The notes beneath the pieces are model-generated. The model made no database searches and was not told where the DNA came from. It worked only from the letters and a program-made list of their open reading frames with translations. Shown here piece by piece: positions 20,329 to 32,158 of a stretch of DNA of 64,000 bases (the first letter of the stretch is position 1; every line of letters starts with the position of its first letter). A program made the translations under genes and the position numbers. The stretch spans positions 32,001 through 96,000 of the forward strand of contig CAXXWX010000004.1 of NCBI GenBank assembly GCA_963675745.2, given 5' to 3'. The stretch is from Phycisphaerae bacterium (GTDB lineage Bacteria; Planctomycetota; Phycisphaerae; UBA1845; Fen-1342).

Positions 20329-23300
20329 CTATCCACGTCGGGGGCGACGACGGCGCACGAGGCCGACGATGGACAGCCCCAGCCCCGCAATTGCGACCGT
20401 CGGGCACAGGCCTCCGGTAGTTGCCGGTTTGGTCGGCTCTGATCCGTCATTGGGATCAGTCGAGGCGTCGTTGGGGTCGGCAGGCGTCGTTCCGTCATTG
20501 GGCGCAGCCGGGCGATCATCCACTTCATCGCAGGCGTCGCCTATACCATCCTCGTCAACGTCCTCCTGGAGCGGATTGGCGACATCGGGACAGTTATCGC
20601 TGTTGTCGTCGACTCCGTCGTTGTCGCTATCCAGATCACACGGGTCGCCGAGCCCGTCGCCGTCCGAGTCAACCTGCACGCGTGAGGCGACATCGGGACA
20701 GTTGTCGCAAGCGTCACCGACGCCATCCCCGTCGCGGTCGGCCTGATCGGCGTTCTCTACAAGCACGCAGTTGTCACAGAGGTTACCGACGCCGTCCCCG
20801 TCCTGGTCTACCTGGGCGGGATTGTAGACGCTTGGGCAGTTGTCGTCCTCATTGAGCAGCCCGTCGTTGTCGTTGTCGCCGTCACAGGCATCGCCGGCCC
20901 CATCACGGTCGTAGTCGGTCTGTTCGGGATTGGGCACAAACGGGCAGTTGTCGCTGCGGTCGGGCACGCCGTCGTTGTCGTTATCGCTGTCGCAGACGTC
21001 TCCGAGGCCATCGTCGTCGCGGTCGGCCTGGTCGGGGTTGGCCACGGTGGGGCAGTTGTCCACTACATCCGCGAAACCATCGCCGTCACTGTCATCGTCG
21101 CACTCGTCGCCGATACCGTCCTCATCCAGGTCGGTCTGCGCGGGGTTATAGGCCAACGGGCAGATGTCCACGTCGTCCGGGACGCCGTCGTTGTCGTCAT
21201 CGGTATCGCAAACGTCACCTTCGCCGTCGTCATCGTTGTCCGCCTGGTCGGTGTTGGCGGTCAGCGGGCAGTTGTCGATGTTATCCGCAACACCGTCCGC
21301 GTCGTCGTCATCGTCGCAGGCGTCGCCCAGGCCATCCAGGTCCGTATCCACTTGAGTGGCGTTGGCGGTCAACGGGCAATTGTCGTCGGTGTCGGCGATC
21401 GTGTCGTTATCGTCATCGTCATCGCACAGGTCGCCGATACCGTCCCGTTCGTTGTCTTCCTGATTGGGATTCACAACGAGCGGGCAATTGTCGGCGGCGT
21501 TGGTTACGCCGTCGTTGTCGCTGTCGGTGTCACAGGGATCGCCGATGCCGTCGCCATCCGTATCGGATTGATCCAAGGCGGCAAAATCCGGGCAGTTGTC
21601 ACAGGCGTCGCCGATGGTGTCCCCATCGTGGTCAGTCTGATCGATGTTGCCGACGAGCGGGCAGTTATCGCAGGCGTCCCCCAGATCGTCGTTGTCGGAA
21701 TTCACCTGGTCGGCATTGGGCGTAGCGATGCAGTTATCGACATCATCGAGCACGCCGTCGTTATCCACGTCGAAGTCACACACGTCGCCTTCGCCGTCGT
21801 CATCCGCGTCCGCCTGGTCCGTATTCGCGTGCTGCGGACAGTTGTCGCAGGCGTCGCCGACAGTGTCACTATCGGTGTCGGTCTGATCCACGTTGGCGGT
21901 TTCGGGGCAGTTATCGCAGGTACTGATGATCCCGTCCCCATCGGTATCCAATGCGGGATTGTCGGCGATATCGCACTCGTCGATGATGCCGTTGCCGTTG
22001 CAGTCGCCGCACCATGGTGACCCATCGCAGTTGGCCAGATCGTTCGGATCGTGAATGTCGTTGGCATTACAGTCGGTGATGATCTGGATCCCGAGATCCT
22101 CCTCGGTAGTCACGCTGATCTGGTTCCTGACCTTGACGGTCAGTTGAATGATCGCCGGTGCCAGCGGATCGGTATCCAGTTCGTATTCATAGTGCAGTGA
22201 GTCGACGGCGGTCATCTCTGCTTCTTTCACACCGTCGATGAACAGCTCGACGCTGGTCTGCTCCCAGTAGTCCTGGACCGTGGCAGTGATGGTCACGGTG
22301 CCGTTGACGCGTGGCGGCGTGTATGAATCGTCCATCGGTGTGGCGCTGATGGTCAGCTCGACCGGTTTGTTGGGTGCGTTGTAGTTATACATGAGCTGGT
22401 CTGACTGCCCGCACGGGCCGGACGGACAATAGAAGGCGTCCATCGATACCCAGCCGGTGTGAGATTCGTAATTGACGTGGTACTTGCGACCGCCACCGAC
22501 ATCACTCCATCCGTCGCAGACGAAGGCGTGACGCTTTCCGGTTGCGTCTTCCAACCGGTAGAAGATCGGACGGTTGACATTGATCTCGTCCTTGATGTAG
22601 CCAAACCACGTATCCGGGTCCGCGGTGCCCGAGCGCGTCCGCTCCAGCGCGAAGGCGTAGAAATCGAAGTTGTCCTTGAAGCGCCCCGGTGCGTTGGCCG
22701 GCTGCGAGTCAGTGAAGCACACACCGAAATCCGCTTCCAACGCCACCGCTATCTCGTAGCACAACTCACCTACCGCATCTTTCTCGGCCTGCGAACTGCC
22801 CGTGGTCAGCTCATCCGGCATATTGGCGTAGTCGAACGGTGTGGCCAGATCCACACTGAGCGGGCCGGCGCCGGTCGAGTGTCCGGCGTCACACGAATTG
22901 TCCCCGTCCCAATTGTGATCGGTCGACGCTCCATTGCGGTTGGTCCCTTGCGCGGGCCATTCGTGGAAGCGCATGATCTGGGCCATCGAGATTGCCGCCG
23001 AACCCAGCAGCGTCCGCCCACCGTCGCCATTGGGGCACAGGGCGTTGTATGGATCGTCCTGCATCCACGTGGTGGTCAACAGCGGCCCCACCTCGGCCGC
23101 CCTCCCCGTGAGTCGCTGCTGGAACCGCTGCGGGTCGTACAGGAGCGTGTTCCACTCCTGACGATTACCGGGATCCAGCATTGGCTGACCGCGTTGCGGT
23201 TGCGGCGTATCGATGCTGCCGTATTGGTCGATGTAGGAATCGATGCGGCTCTTGAGTTCGTTGCGCAGCATGGTCTCAAAGCCTGCGGTTCCGTAAACGT

Positions 23301-23613
23301 CGAGATTGCTCGTGTCGGAGTAGGCCTTGACCGGTGGCAGTTCCATCAGCGCCGGTACGACGACATAACCGCGCGGGGCAATGTGAAAGCAGCGCCCCAC
23401 CAACCGGCCGTCAACGACGATGTCATCGAGTCCGCGCACCGTCGGCGTTGTGTCCCCGGCCCAAGCGCCATGCTGGTACACCATGAGCGTCAGCCAGTTC
23501 TGACAGACTGTCTCCATCTGGTCCAGAGTTGCCGCGTCTGCCGACGCGCGCGGCGCTGCGTGCATCACGAAACATAGCGACAGGACGACCGCGAGGATGG
23601 TGGTTGTGCGCAC
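20329..23613 (-). CDS. Peptidase C10 (streptopain)-like protein with propeptide, Ig-like domain, long TSP3 repeat stalk and C-terminal TM/Arg-rich sorting signal; catalytic Cys apparently replaced by Ser
   Basis: RBS AAAGGAG, GTG start, signal peptide; GYVVVPA...[52 protein letters not shown]; many DNCP repeats; [15 protein letters not shown]. Confidence 0.85.
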   Translation of the reverse strand: MRTTTILAVVLSLCFVMHAAPRASADAATLDQMETVCQNWLTLMVYQHGAWAGDTTPTVRGLDDIVVDGRLVGRCFHIAPRGYVVVPALMELPPVKAYSDTSNLDVYGTAGFETMLRNELKSRIDSYIDQYGSIDTPQPQRGQPMLDPGNRQEWNTLLYDPQRFQQRLTGRAAEVGPLLTTTWMQDDPYNALCPNGDGGRTLLGSAAISMAQIMRFHEWPAQGTNRNGASTDHNWDGDNSCDAGHSTGAGPLSVDLATPFDYANMPDELTTGSSQAEKDAVGELCYEIAVALEADFGVCFTDSQPANAPGRFKDNFDFYAFALERTRSGTADPDTWFGYIKDEINVNRPIFYRLEDATGKRHAFVCDGWSDVGGGRKYHVNYESHTGWVSMDAFYCPSGPCGQSDQLMYNYNAPNKPVELTISATPMDDSYTPPRVNGTVTITATVQDYWEQTSVELFIDGVKEAEMTAVDSLHYEYELDTDPLAPAIIQLTVKVRNQISVTTEEDLGIQIITDCNANDIHDPNDLANCDGSPWCGDCNGNGIIDECDIADNPALDTDGDGIISTCDNCPETANVDQTDTDSDTVGDACDNCPQHANTDQADADDDGEGDVCDFDVDNDGVLDDVDNCIATPNADQVNSDNDDLGDACDNCPLVGNIDQTDHDGDTIGDACDNCPDFAALDQSDTDGDGIGDPCDTDSDNDGVTNAADNCPLVVNPNQEDNERDGIGDLCDDDDDNDTIADTDDNCPLTANATQVDTDLDGLGDACDDDDDADGVADNIDNCPLTANTDQADNDDDGEGDVCDTDDDNDGVPDDVDICPLAYNPAQTDLDEDGIGDECDDDSDGDGFADVVDNCPTVANPDQADRDDDGLGDVCDSDNDNDGVPDRSDNCPFVPNPEQTDYDRDGAGDACDGDNDNDGLLNEDDNCPSVYNPAQVDQDGDGVGNLCDNCVLVENADQADRDGDGVGDACDNCPDVASRVQVDSDGDGLGDPCDLDSDNDGVDDNSDNCPDVANPLQEDVDEDGIGDACDEVDDRPAAPNDGTTPADPNDASTDPNDGSEPTKPATTGGLCPTVAIAGLGLSIVGLVRRRRPRRG

Positions 23614-23960
23614 GAAATTCTCCTTTGCAACCTGGCCCGCGCCCGGACCGTTGACGGTGGGACGGCGTCAGTGCGGCACCCCCAACTGCCTCCCGCAGCT
23701 CAATATATTGGGTCGCAAACTTCGCGTCCAGACTGATCCGGCGCTGGACCGGCGTCGGGTGCAGTCTTGCGGGCGAGTTGCCCGGTGCGAAACCCGGATC
23801 TCGGCCGACAATGAGCGGACCCCCTATGATCTGTTGCCACGCGTGCTACGCGTGCTACGCGCGCCACGCTCACGCTGGTACGATGCAGCCCGCACAGACG
23901 GCCATCTGCTGGTCGAGCGCGCGCGGGACATGGCCAACCAGGGATGTGGAGATACGACGA

Positions 23961-26672
23961 ATGGCGGCAACCATCGATAGATTCGAGGCTTACACAACAC
24001 TCATTACCCAGGGCGGCCCCGTCGGCATCTATCGGCTCGCAGCACTTGAGGATGCCCGCCTGACCAGGCTCGCCACGTTGCCCTACTCGATTCGAGTCCT
24101 GCTCGAAGCCGTACTGCGCAATGTCGATGGCTTTTCCGTACTCGAAGATCACGTCAAAGCACTCGCCGCTTTCGACCCCCAAAATGTCGGCGAGCAGGAG
24201 ATACCGTTCAAACCGGCGCGCGTCGTTCTGCAAGACTTCACCGGCGTGCCGGCCCTGGTCGATCTGGCAGCCATGCGCTCGGCGATGCAGCGGCTGGGCG
24301 GCGATCCGGCTAGGATTAACCCACAAATACCCGCCGACCTGGTAATTGACCACTCGGTGCAGGTCGACCATTTCGGCAGCCCTCAGGCACTGGGGCTTAA
24401 TGCCGAGATCGAGTTCAGCCGGAATCGCGAGCGCTATGAGTTCCTCCGCTGGGGGCAGAACGCGTTCAACAGCTTCCGCGTCGTCCCCCCCGCGACGGGC
24501 ATCATTCACCAGGTAAACCTGGAGTACCTCGCACAAGTGGTCGTGCGCCGCGACGTCGGCGGGAGAACGCTGGCCCTGCCCGATACGCTGGTCGGCACCG
24601 ACAGCCACACAACCATGATCAACGGGCTCGGCGTGGTCGGCTGGGGGGTCGGCGGCATCGAGGCCGAGGCCGCCATGTTGGGCCAGCCGCTCTATATGCT
24701 CATCCCCGAGGTCATCGGATTCCGCCTCACCGGCGAGATGCCCGAGGGGGCCACAGCCACCGACCTCGTCCTGCGCGTAACCGAGTTGCTGCGGGCGCAC
24801 GGCGTTGTGGGCAAGTTCGTCGAGTTCTACGGGACCGGGCTGGCCGAACTGAGCCTGGCCGACCGGGCGACAATTGCCAACATGGCCCCGGAATATGGCG
24901 CCACGATGGGTTTCTTCCCGGTCGATGACCGCACGCTCGAATACCTGCGCCTGACCGGGCGGTCGGCCGACACGGTCGATCTGGTCGAGCGCTACTGCAA
25001 AGAGCAGGGGCTTTTCCGCACGTCCGACAGCCCGAATCCAAACTACACCGACACGCTTTCGCTCGATATCAGCACGATTGAGCCCGCTTTGGCCGGGCCC
25101 AAGCGCCCACAAGACCGCGTTGCGCTGCGCGAGATGAAGTCCACGTTCAATGCGGCGCTGGGCGCGCCGGTCAAACAGCGCGGCTTCAATCTCAGTGACG
25201 AGGACCGGCAACACACCGCGGATGTGACCATCGACGGCGTTACCAGCACGCTGCGGCATGGTTCGGTCGTCATCGCCGCTGTGACAAGCTGCACAAACAC
25301 AAGCAACCCGGCGGTAATGCTGGCGGCCGGACTGGTGGCGAAAAAGGCCGTCGAGAAGGGGCTCAAGGTCAAACCGTGGGTCAAAACCAGCCTCGCCCCC
25401 GGATCGCGGGTCGTCACGGACTATCTCGACAAGGCCGGCCTGACGACCGCGCTCGACCAACTGGGATTCCAGACGGTCGGCTACGGCTGCACGACCTGTA
25501 TCGGTAACAGCGGGCCGCTGCCCGACCCGATTCGTGACGGCATCCAGCGCGCGGGCCTGGTAGCCTCGTCGGTACTGAGCGGGAATCGCAATTTCGAGGG
25601 GCGTGTGAGCCCGCATGTCAGGGCCAATTACCTCGCCTCGCCTCCACTGGTCATCGCGTACGCGATCGCCGGCACGACCGACATCGACTTGACGACCGAG
25701 CCGCTGGCTGAGGATTCAGGCGGCAAGCCCGTCTATTTGAAGGACGTCTGGCCGACCGCGCGGGAGGTGCTGGACACGGTCGCCCGCTGCGTCACGCCGG
25801 AGATGTTCACAAAACGCTATGCAGATGTCTTCAAGGGCAGCGATCAGTGGCAACGGATTGAGGCTGGCGCTGATCCCGCCTATCAATGGCGTGACGACAG
25901 CACATATATTCAGGAGCCGCCATTCTTCAGCGATCTGAAGCGCGAGCCGGACCCGATCCAGGGCCTGGCCGGCGCTCGTTGCCTGGTCATGGTTGGTGAC
26001 AGCACGACCACCGACCACATCAGCCCCGCCGGCCCGATCGCGCCGGATTCGCCCGCGGGCGCGTATCTCCAGCAAAACGGCGTGAAACCGGCGGATTTCA
26101 ACAGCTACGGCTCACGCCGCGGCAACGATCGCGTAATGACGCGCGGCACCTTTGCCAACATCAGGCTGCGCAATCTGCTGGCGCCGGGCACGGAGGGGGG
26201 TATCACGATCCACTTGCCCAGTGGTGAGCAGATGCCGGTCTACGACGCGGCCATGAAATACCGTCAGGCCGGCACGCCGCTGATCGTGCTCGGCGGGAAG
26301 GACTACGGTATGGGCTCGAGCCGCGACTGGGCCGCCAAGGGCACGCTGCTGCTGGGCGTGCGGGCCGTGATCGCCGAGAGCTTCGAGCGCATCCACCGCA
26401 CCAACCTGGTCTGCATGGGCGTGCTGCCGCTGGAGTTCAAGGCGGGCCAGACGCGTGATTCACTGTCTCTGACCGGCCACGAGATGTTCGATATCCCTGA
26501 TCTGAACGACGATCTGCACGCGGGCCAGGAGCTGACCGTGGTGGCCAGCGACCCGGATAGTGGCCAGAGGAGCGAGTTCGTGTGCCGCTGCCGCATCGAC
26601 ACCCCGATCGAGGTGGACTACTACCGACACGGCGGCGTGCTCCAGGCGGTGCTGCGCGGGATGCTGGACTAG
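23961..26672 (+). CDS. acnA: Aconitate hydratase A
   Basis: [69 protein letters not shown]. Confidence 0.97.
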   Translation: MAATIDRFEAYTTLITQGGPVGIYRLAALEDARLTRLATLPYSIRVLLEAVLRNVDGFSVLEDHVKALAAFDPQNVGEQEIPFKPARVVLQDFTGVPALVDLAAMRSAMQRLGGDPARINPQIPADLVIDHSVQVDHFGSPQALGLNAEIEFSRNRERYEFLRWGQNAFNSFRVVPPATGIIHQVNLEYLAQVVVRRDVGGRTLALPDTLVGTDSHTTMINGLGVVGWGVGGIEAEAAMLGQPLYMLIPEVIGFRLTGEMPEGATATDLVLRVTELLRAHGVVGKFVEFYGTGLAELSLADRATIANMAPEYGATMGFFPVDDRTLEYLRLTGRSADTVDLVERYCKEQGLFRTSDSPNPNYTDTLSLDISTIEPALAGPKRPQDRVALREMKSTFNAALGAPVKQRGFNLSDEDRQHTADVTIDGVTSTLRHGSVVIAAVTSCTNTSNPAVMLAAGLVAKKAVEKGLKVKPWVKTSLAPGSRVVTDYLDKAGLTTALDQLGFQTVGYGCTTCIGNSGPLPDPIRDGIQRAGLVASSVLSGNRNFEGRVSPHVRANYLASPPLVIAYAIAGTTDIDLTTEPLAEDSGGKPVYLKDVWPTAREVLDTVARCVTPEMFTKRYADVFKGSDQWQRIEAGADPAYQWRDDSTYIQEPPFFSDLKREPDPIQGLAGARCLVMVGDSTTTDHISPAGPIAPDSPAGAYLQQNGVKPADFNSYGSRRGNDRVMTRGTFANIRLRNLLAPGTEGGITIHLPSGEQMPVYDAAMKYRQAGTPLIVLGGKDYGMGSSRDWAAKGTLLLGVRAVIAESFERIHRTNLVCMGVLPLEFKAGQTRDSLSLTGHEMFDIPDLNDDLHAGQELTVVASDPDSGQRSEFVCRCRIDTPIEVDYYRHGGVLQAVLRGMLD

Positions 26673-26976
26673 TGCCGATTTACGGGCGTTATGCACGATA
26701 AGTGGTGCGGACGGGGTTTCCGGCGCGGCCGCTCAAGCTGCCGATCCTGCGTCCCGCCCCCCTTGGCAACCGCGGATCAAACACTTATGATCCTCGGGCC
26801 TTATAGAGCGTTGCACGCCGTCTCACGTGGGTCGCCTGACCGCGGGGGGTGGTGTGTGCAGTGGACTTCAGGCGGCCGCGCCCAATGGGCGGCGTGGCTG
26901 GGAGTGGTGGCAGGTACGCGAACCTGGTCAGCGGCACGAGTGTCGCCGCGTCCGGGTCGCAGCGGAGGATCGGCTC

Positions 26977-27234
26977 GTGCCGGAATTGGCTGAAATCGAG
27001 ACCAAGGTCAAAAAGATCGTCAGTGAGCAGATGAACGTCGCCGAGGATGAGATCTCACGCGAGACCTCATTCGTTAACGATCTGAACGCCGACTCGCTCG
27101 ACACCGTCGAACTCGTCATGGAGCTCGAGGACGAGTTCGAGTTGAGTATTCCCGATGATGAGGCGGAAAAAATCCAGACCGTCGGCGAGGCGATCGACTA
27201 CATCAAGAAGCACCTAGACAGCGCCGGCTCCTAG
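26977..27234 (+). CDS. acpP: Acyl carrier protein
   Basis: [24 protein letters not shown]...AEKIQTV; RBS GGAGG before GTG 26977; upstream of fabF. Confidence 0.95.
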   Translation: MPELAEIETKVKKIVSEQMNVAEDEISRETSFVNDLNADSLDTVELVMELEDEFELSIPDDEAEKIQTVGEAIDYIKKHLDSAGS

Positions 27235-27255
27235 GCGCACTGACGGGAACGACTG

Positions 27256-28494
27256 ATGACCGATCGGCGAGTCGTCGTCACGGGTATGGGTGCAATCACT
27301 CCCGTCGGCGCTAATGTTGCGGCCACCTGGGATGCGCTGGTCTCAGGGCAGAGCGGCGTGACTACGATCACGCACTTCGATGCGACGCCATTTGACGTTC
27401 GCATCGGCGGCGAATGCCACGATTTCGACCCCTTCGAATACATGGATCAGCGGCTCCTCAAGCGGATGGACCGCTTTGCACAGTTGGCCTATGCCGCCGG
27501 CAAGGTCGCATTTGCCGACTCCGGGCTGGTGGCCGGCAGCTACGATCCGGCGCGCGCGGGCGTTGTCTCCGCCGCCGGAATCGGCGGCCTCCAGGAAATC
27601 GAAAACCAACACCGGCGTCTGCTGGACAAGGGGCCGGGCAAGGTCTCGGCCTTCACGATCCCCAAGCTGATGGCGAATGCGGTCGCCGGTCACCTGTCGA
27701 TCCTGCTTAATTTCCAGGGCGTCAATACCACGGTTGTCACCGCCTGCGCATCGGCGGGCAACGCGATGGGCGATGCTTACAAGGCGATTCGTTACAACAT
27801 CGCCGACATCGTCATGACCGGTGGCTCTGAGGCGGCGGTCACCCCGCTCGGCATCAGCGCATTTGCGGCGATGAAGGCGCTCAGCACGCGCAACGACGAT
27901 CCGCCGGCCGCCTCGCGGCCCTGGGACAAGGATCGCGACGGCTTTATCCTCGGCGAGGGAGCCGGACTGCTGGTGTTTGAGGAGTATGAACACGCCCGGG
28001 CGCGCGGCGCGCGGATTTACGCCGAGGTCCTGGGTTTCGGTGCCACGGGGGATGCCAGCGACATGGTCCAGCCTGATCCGGCGGGCAAGGGCGCCGCCCG
28101 TGCGATGCGTGCCGCGCTTGACGACGCTGGCATCAACGCCGAAGACATCGATTACATCAACGCTCACGGCACCAGCACGCCGCTGGGCGATATTGCTGAG
28201 ACTCGCGCGATCAAGGCGGTTTTCGGGCCCCATGCCAGCAAGCTGGCGATCAGCAGCACCAAGAGCTGCATCGGACATCTGCTGGGTGCCAGTGGCGGCG
28301 TCGAGGCGATCGCCACGCTGCTGACGATTCAGAACAAGACCATCCCGCCCACGATCAACCTCGATAACCCGGACGACGAGTGCGATCTCGACTACGTCCC
28401 CCACACGGCCCGCGACGCCAAGGTCAGCACCGCCATGAGCAACTCATTCGGCTTCGGCGGCCACAACGCATGCCTGGTGTTCAGGGGGGTTTAG
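27256..28494 (+). CDS. fabF: 3-oxoacyl-ACP synthase II
   Basis: RRVVVTGMG, TACAS, YINAHGTSTPLGD, GHLLGASG, SNSFGFGGHNA. Confidence 0.96.
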   Translation: MTDRRVVVTGMGAITPVGANVAATWDALVSGQSGVTTITHFDATPFDVRIGGECHDFDPFEYMDQRLLKRMDRFAQLAYAAGKVAFADSGLVAGSYDPARAGVVSAAGIGGLQEIENQHRRLLDKGPGKVSAFTIPKLMANAVAGHLSILLNFQGVNTTVVTACASAGNAMGDAYKAIRYNIADIVMTGGSEAAVTPLGISAFAAMKALSTRNDDPPAASRPWDKDRDGFILGEGAGLLVFEEYEHARARGARIYAEVLGFGATGDASDMVQPDPAGKGAARAMRAALDDAGINAEDIDYINAHGTSTPLGDIAETRAIKAVFGPHASKLAISSTKSCIGHLLGASGGVEAIATLLTIQNKTIPPTINLDNPDDECDLDYVPHTARDAKVSTAMSNSFGFGGHNACLVFRGV

Positions 28495-28637
28495 AGCATT
28501 CTCGGAAACGAACCGGTGTGCCACTGCTCTCGAGCAGTGCGGTTTCGATGCGCAGTTCACTGCGCGCGTGCGACGCGCAGGCGCGGCTTCTTTTGCCAGG
28601 TACCTCGGCCAGCGATGAAGCACTCTGAGCCGAGCCC

Positions 28638-29213
28638 TCACCACCCCACGCCGACGCTTACCGGGCCGATGCCTACGCCTACGCCGATGTGAACGCGGCG
28701 GTGGTGGGGTTTCTTGAACTTGATCTTTTTGTCTTTGGTTTTCAGTGGCTGGTCGGTTTCGGGGGCGTAGACCGCAGCGTGGAGACGTAGCTCGTCAGGG
28801 TCGTAAAACGAGCGTGGCGGCAGGTCGATCAGCACGCGGGCCTCGAACTCGACCTCGTGGTCGTCCACGTCACTCGGGCGATCGAGCGGAATCACGATCT
28901 CCAGCGGCTGGATTTCCACCTCGTCCAGGCGTTCCGGGTCGCCGCCGTGGCGTCGCGGTGCGGGTTGCTCCGCCAGTTGCCGGCCGTGCTCGGTGACGAA
29001 CAGCACCAGGTCCAGTGGCGGGGCCGTATTCGTGCCTTTGACCTCGACCTCATAGCGCACTTCGAGCACCCACGCCCCATCGAGCCGCAGAAGCTCGCCC
29101 TTCAACTCGTCGATCTCGATTTTCGGATGGTCGCCGCGCTCGTGGTCTTTGGCGTGGGCGAACGGGGCGGCCAGGATGGCGGCGGCGATCAGCAGGCAGA
29201 CTTTTCGGCTCAT
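28638..29213 (-). CDS. Secreted hypothetical protein
   Basis: Signal peptide MSRKVCLLIAAAILAAPFAHA; C-terminal HIGVGVGIGPVSVGVGW. Confidence 0.7.
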   Translation of the reverse strand: MSRKVCLLIAAAILAAPFAHAKDHERGDHPKIEIDELKGELLRLDGAWVLEVRYEVEVKGTNTAPPLDLVLFVTEHGRQLAEQPAPRRHGGDPERLDEVEIQPLEIVIPLDRPSDVDDHEVEFEARVLIDLPPRSFYDPDELRLHAAVYAPETDQPLKTKDKKIKFKKPHHRRVHIGVGVGIGPVSVGVGW

Positions 29214-29348
29214 GGGAAGCTCCACAACTCGGCTCCGTCGGTTGGTTCCGCATCGTAAGACCCGCGTGGCGCGAGTAAGTTAGTGCCGGGCAGGGTTGTT
29301 CACATGGTGCGGAGTTATCGGCGATCCACGGTCGCCACGGGGCGGCCG

Positions 29349-30629
29349 TTACGGCCTGCGTCGTGCGCGCGTAGGCAGGCCGGCCCGATGGCGCAGCGAG
29401 CCGAGCAGCAGAGCCAGCGCGATCAGCATCGCCAGATGCGCGCCATACAAGCGCGCCGTCGGCGAGAGCCACGCGAGCATGCCGACCAGCCACAACGCAA
29501 TCGCCAGCCAACCAAGCCGGCGGCGCAGGCTGCCCAGATTGCGATCGGCCGCCGCCGCCGCCAGTAGCGCCAGCGCCGGCAGTGCCCAGACCAGGTAGTA
29601 CTGGCGCAGCAGCGGCGAGCAGAGCAGCATCGCAAGTGCGTAGAGCGCTGCTTCGAGGCGTGCGCGCCGGCCCGACAGGTCGCGCAACGGACGCCGGGTG
29701 GCGGCGATCAAAGCGAGCGCGATCAAACCCAGCCCCCAGCGCGCAGCCAGCCCAGCCCGTGCCGCGCCGAGCTCAAGTGGTTGCCAGGGCGTGCGATATG
29801 GATGTTGCGGATCGAGAGTGCGGGCCGCCACGGCCGTGATTGACTGATTTCGGTGGTCGATGAAGTGCTCACGCAACTCCGGGGCGACCATCCCGCGCCC
29901 GGCGGCCCCCGCAATGTTGTGCTGCCACCACTGTTTGTGATACTCCCAGGTGCGTGCGGGACCGAACACGGCGAGGCAGGGTGCGAGGACGATCACTATC
30001 CCGAGCAGCAGAAACGCCAGTGTGGCTGTCCAGCGGCGTTTGAGCACCAACCAAATGAGAAAGACGCCCGGCAACAGCTTTATCGTCGCCGCCAGTCCGA
30101 GCAGCGCCCCGCCGCGCCACGAGCGCCCGCGCACGACCGCTTCGGCCCCGGCCAACACCAGCGCCAGAATCAGAAAGCTGAGCTGATTAAACCGCGCGGC
30201 CTCGTATACGACCGGCAGTGCCAGCAATCCCACGATCACCATCACCTGCTCGGCGGTAACATCCAGCCGTCCGGCGCGGCGCACCCAGCCCAGAAGGATC
30301 GCCAGCACCGTGCCCAGCGCGGCGACCTGCATGACAGCCCAGACGACGGCTGCCCCGCGCGGGCCCAACGCCGCCAGCGGCGCCAGCAGGATTGACACAG
30401 TTGGCAGATAAAACGGCAACTGCCGGCGATCTTCGAAGGGGCCCTCATCGATGACCGGATTCAATGCGCCGTGGTGCCAGACATACTCGGCGTCTCTGTA
30501 GAAATGGTGGAAATCAAACTCGAAGTTCAGCCCGCGCCATAGCGAGACGGCCGCCACGAGTGCCAGCAGAATGGCACACGTCAGCAGCCACCAATTGCGC
30601 CGGGCGGAATGTTCAGCGGTCTGATTCAT
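29349..30629 (-). CDS. Glycosyltransferase family 87 (DUF2029)-like membrane protein
   Basis: FDFHHFY, FYLPT, RFNQLS, LGLAATIKLLP, NQS; polytopic. Confidence 0.8.
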   Translation of the reverse strand: MNQTAEHSARRNWWLLTCAILLALVAAVSLWRGLNFEFDFHHFYRDAEYVWHHGALNPVIDEGPFEDRRQLPFYLPTVSILLAPLAALGPRGAAVVWAVMQVAALGTVLAILLGWVRRAGRLDVTAEQVMVIVGLLALPVVYEAARFNQLSFLILALVLAGAEAVVRGRSWRGGALLGLAATIKLLPGVFLIWLVLKRRWTATLAFLLLGIVIVLAPCLAVFGPARTWEYHKQWWQHNIAGAAGRGMVAPELREHFIDHRNQSITAVAARTLDPQHPYRTPWQPLELGAARAGLAARWGLGLIALALIAATRRPLRDLSGRRARLEAALYALAMLLCSPLLRQYYLVWALPALALLAAAAADRNLGSLRRRLGWLAIALWLVGMLAWLSPTARLYGAHLAMLIALALLLGSLRHRAGLPTRARRRP

Positions 30630-30677
30630 CCGGGTAGTATCTTGTCCACGGTGGCTCGGGCATCTCGCCCGAGGTTA

Positions 30678-32090
30678 TCACAGGCGCGACGCCTGTGCCA
30701 CGTCGGGTTGCGGCAGCGCGCCCGGATCACGGCGCAGCCACAGCAGCACGCCGATGACCGGTACACCCAGGAGGAACGTGCCCGCCAGCAATGTGCCGCG
30801 GGCTTCCACCGGTTCCAAGGCATCGAAATTGTGCAGCAGCAGCAGCGTGATGTGCAGGCCCACCAACAGCGCCAGACACCCGCCGGTCAACCGTGCCCAC
30901 CAACCGCGGTGACGGGCGTAGTGCAGGCCCGCCGCCAGCAGCGACAATGCAGGAAACGCCAGGATCACGTGATACCGCCGCATCACCGGCATAAGCCAGA
31001 GCATCGCCAACAGGAACAGTGCCCATTCAAAACGCATCTGCCAGACGCTCAGCTTGCGCGCGGGCCGGCGTGCCAGCCATATCAGCCCCGCCACGCAGAG
31101 TCCGGTCAAAACCGAGTGCAGCGTTGCCAGTGCCGGTAGTGGTAGATTGGCAACGTTGAAGTACTGCGGTTTTTCGTCCAGATGCGGCCAGCGCGGATCG
31201 TTCTCGAAGCGCGTTGCGTAGCTCGTGCGGTGGAGCCAACGGGTCAGCACGGCGCCCGTGGCCTGGTTGCGCCAATCCATCTCGCGCTGTTCCAGAATAA
31301 GTGCCCGCTGTGAGCTGCCCACCGCGCTGCGACGCACCCAACTGGTGTACTGTGCGGCGGCTCTTTCCGGCCCGAAGACAATCGTGTCGCTGACCGGGCC
31401 GGCCACGATGATGGTCAGCACCGCGATTGCGACAACCCGGAACTCCCGCTTGAGCGCGTACCAGATCACCAGCAGGGCCGGAGTGAGTTTCAGCAGCACC
31501 GCCAAGCCGATCCACAAGCCGGCGGCGTCGCGGTGGCCCTGCCGCCAGTGTACAAAGCTCGCCACGATAAGTAGCAGTGTCAGGTTGTTGATCTGGTTCA
31601 GGCGAAACTCCCAGGACCACGCCGATACCAGTATCAGGAACGGCACCAATTGCACCACCATCCAATCCTGCTTCGGCAGGTCCATCAGGTGTTGCCCGAC
31701 GACTCGCAGCGTGGTCAGCATCATCAGGACGTTGAGGCACAACCAGACGATGCCCGCCACTTGCGGCGGCAGCAGTGCCGGTATGGTCATCATCCGCGAG
31801 ACGAACGGGAGATACCACTCGATGGTTCCCCGGCGCTCGATACCTCCGCCGGGGACGCGTTCGATACCTCGATCCAGGCTGCCGCGCTCCAGCAGTGTCG
31901 CGCCGCCCTTGTAGAAGTACTCGAAATCCGGCTGAACTTCGCGCGCGGCCGGCAATCCCGCCATGAACATGTTCAACGCGGCCAGGGCGAAAAACACCCC
32001 ACATACCCAGCGAATCCAACGCGGGGCGACTCTCGTATCGGGGACGGCGGTGAGCTCGGCCTCGGGGGTGGCCGATTGGGTCGCGTTCAT
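30678..32090 (-). CDS. Glycosyltransferase family 87 (DUF2029)-like membrane protein
   Basis: PDFEYFY, WYLPF, RLNQIN, IGLAVLLKLTP, RNQA; paralog-like neighbour of the previous gene. Confidence 0.8.
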   Translation of the reverse strand: MNATQSATPEAELTAVPDTRVAPRWIRWVCGVFFALAALNMFMAGLPAAREVQPDFEYFYKGGATLLERGSLDRGIERVPGGGIERRGTIEWYLPFVSRMMTIPALLPPQVAGIVWLCLNVLMMLTTLRVVGQHLMDLPKQDWMVVQLVPFLILVSAWSWEFRLNQINNLTLLLIVASFVHWRQGHRDAAGLWIGLAVLLKLTPALLVIWYALKREFRVVAIAVLTIIVAGPVSDTIVFGPERAAAQYTSWVRRSAVGSSQRALILEQREMDWRNQATGAVLTRWLHRTSYATRFENDPRWPHLDEKPQYFNVANLPLPALATLHSVLTGLCVAGLIWLARRPARKLSVWQMRFEWALFLLAMLWLMPVMRRYHVILAFPALSLLAAGLHYARHRGWWARLTGGCLALLVGLHITLLLLHNFDALEPVEARGTLLAGTFLLGVPVIGVLLWLRRDPGALPQPDVAQASRL

Positions 32091-32158
32091 TGGCTGCGAT
32101 TCTAAGTAGCGGCCGGAGACGTCACAACCGCGACGGGTCGCCGCGGGATCACGGACTG

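Noticed and set aside
20520..21930. Repeats shared with 1330-1750 as a possible diversity-generating template/variable pair
   Set aside because: Both are in-frame TSP3 protein repeats; no reverse transcriptase and no adenine-specific mismatch pattern seen
23700..25616. 638-aa minus-strand ORF and similar long antisense ORFs (e.g. 5928-7064, 27343-28404, 38513-39721, 43663-44619)
   Set aside because: Shadow frames of well-supported genes, expected in high-GC DNA; no recognisable motifs
26680..26970. Long acnA-acpP intergenic region as a possible ncRNA
   Set aside because: Only GC-rich pairing potential; no tRNA, SRP, RNase P, 6S or riboswitch signature that I can recognise
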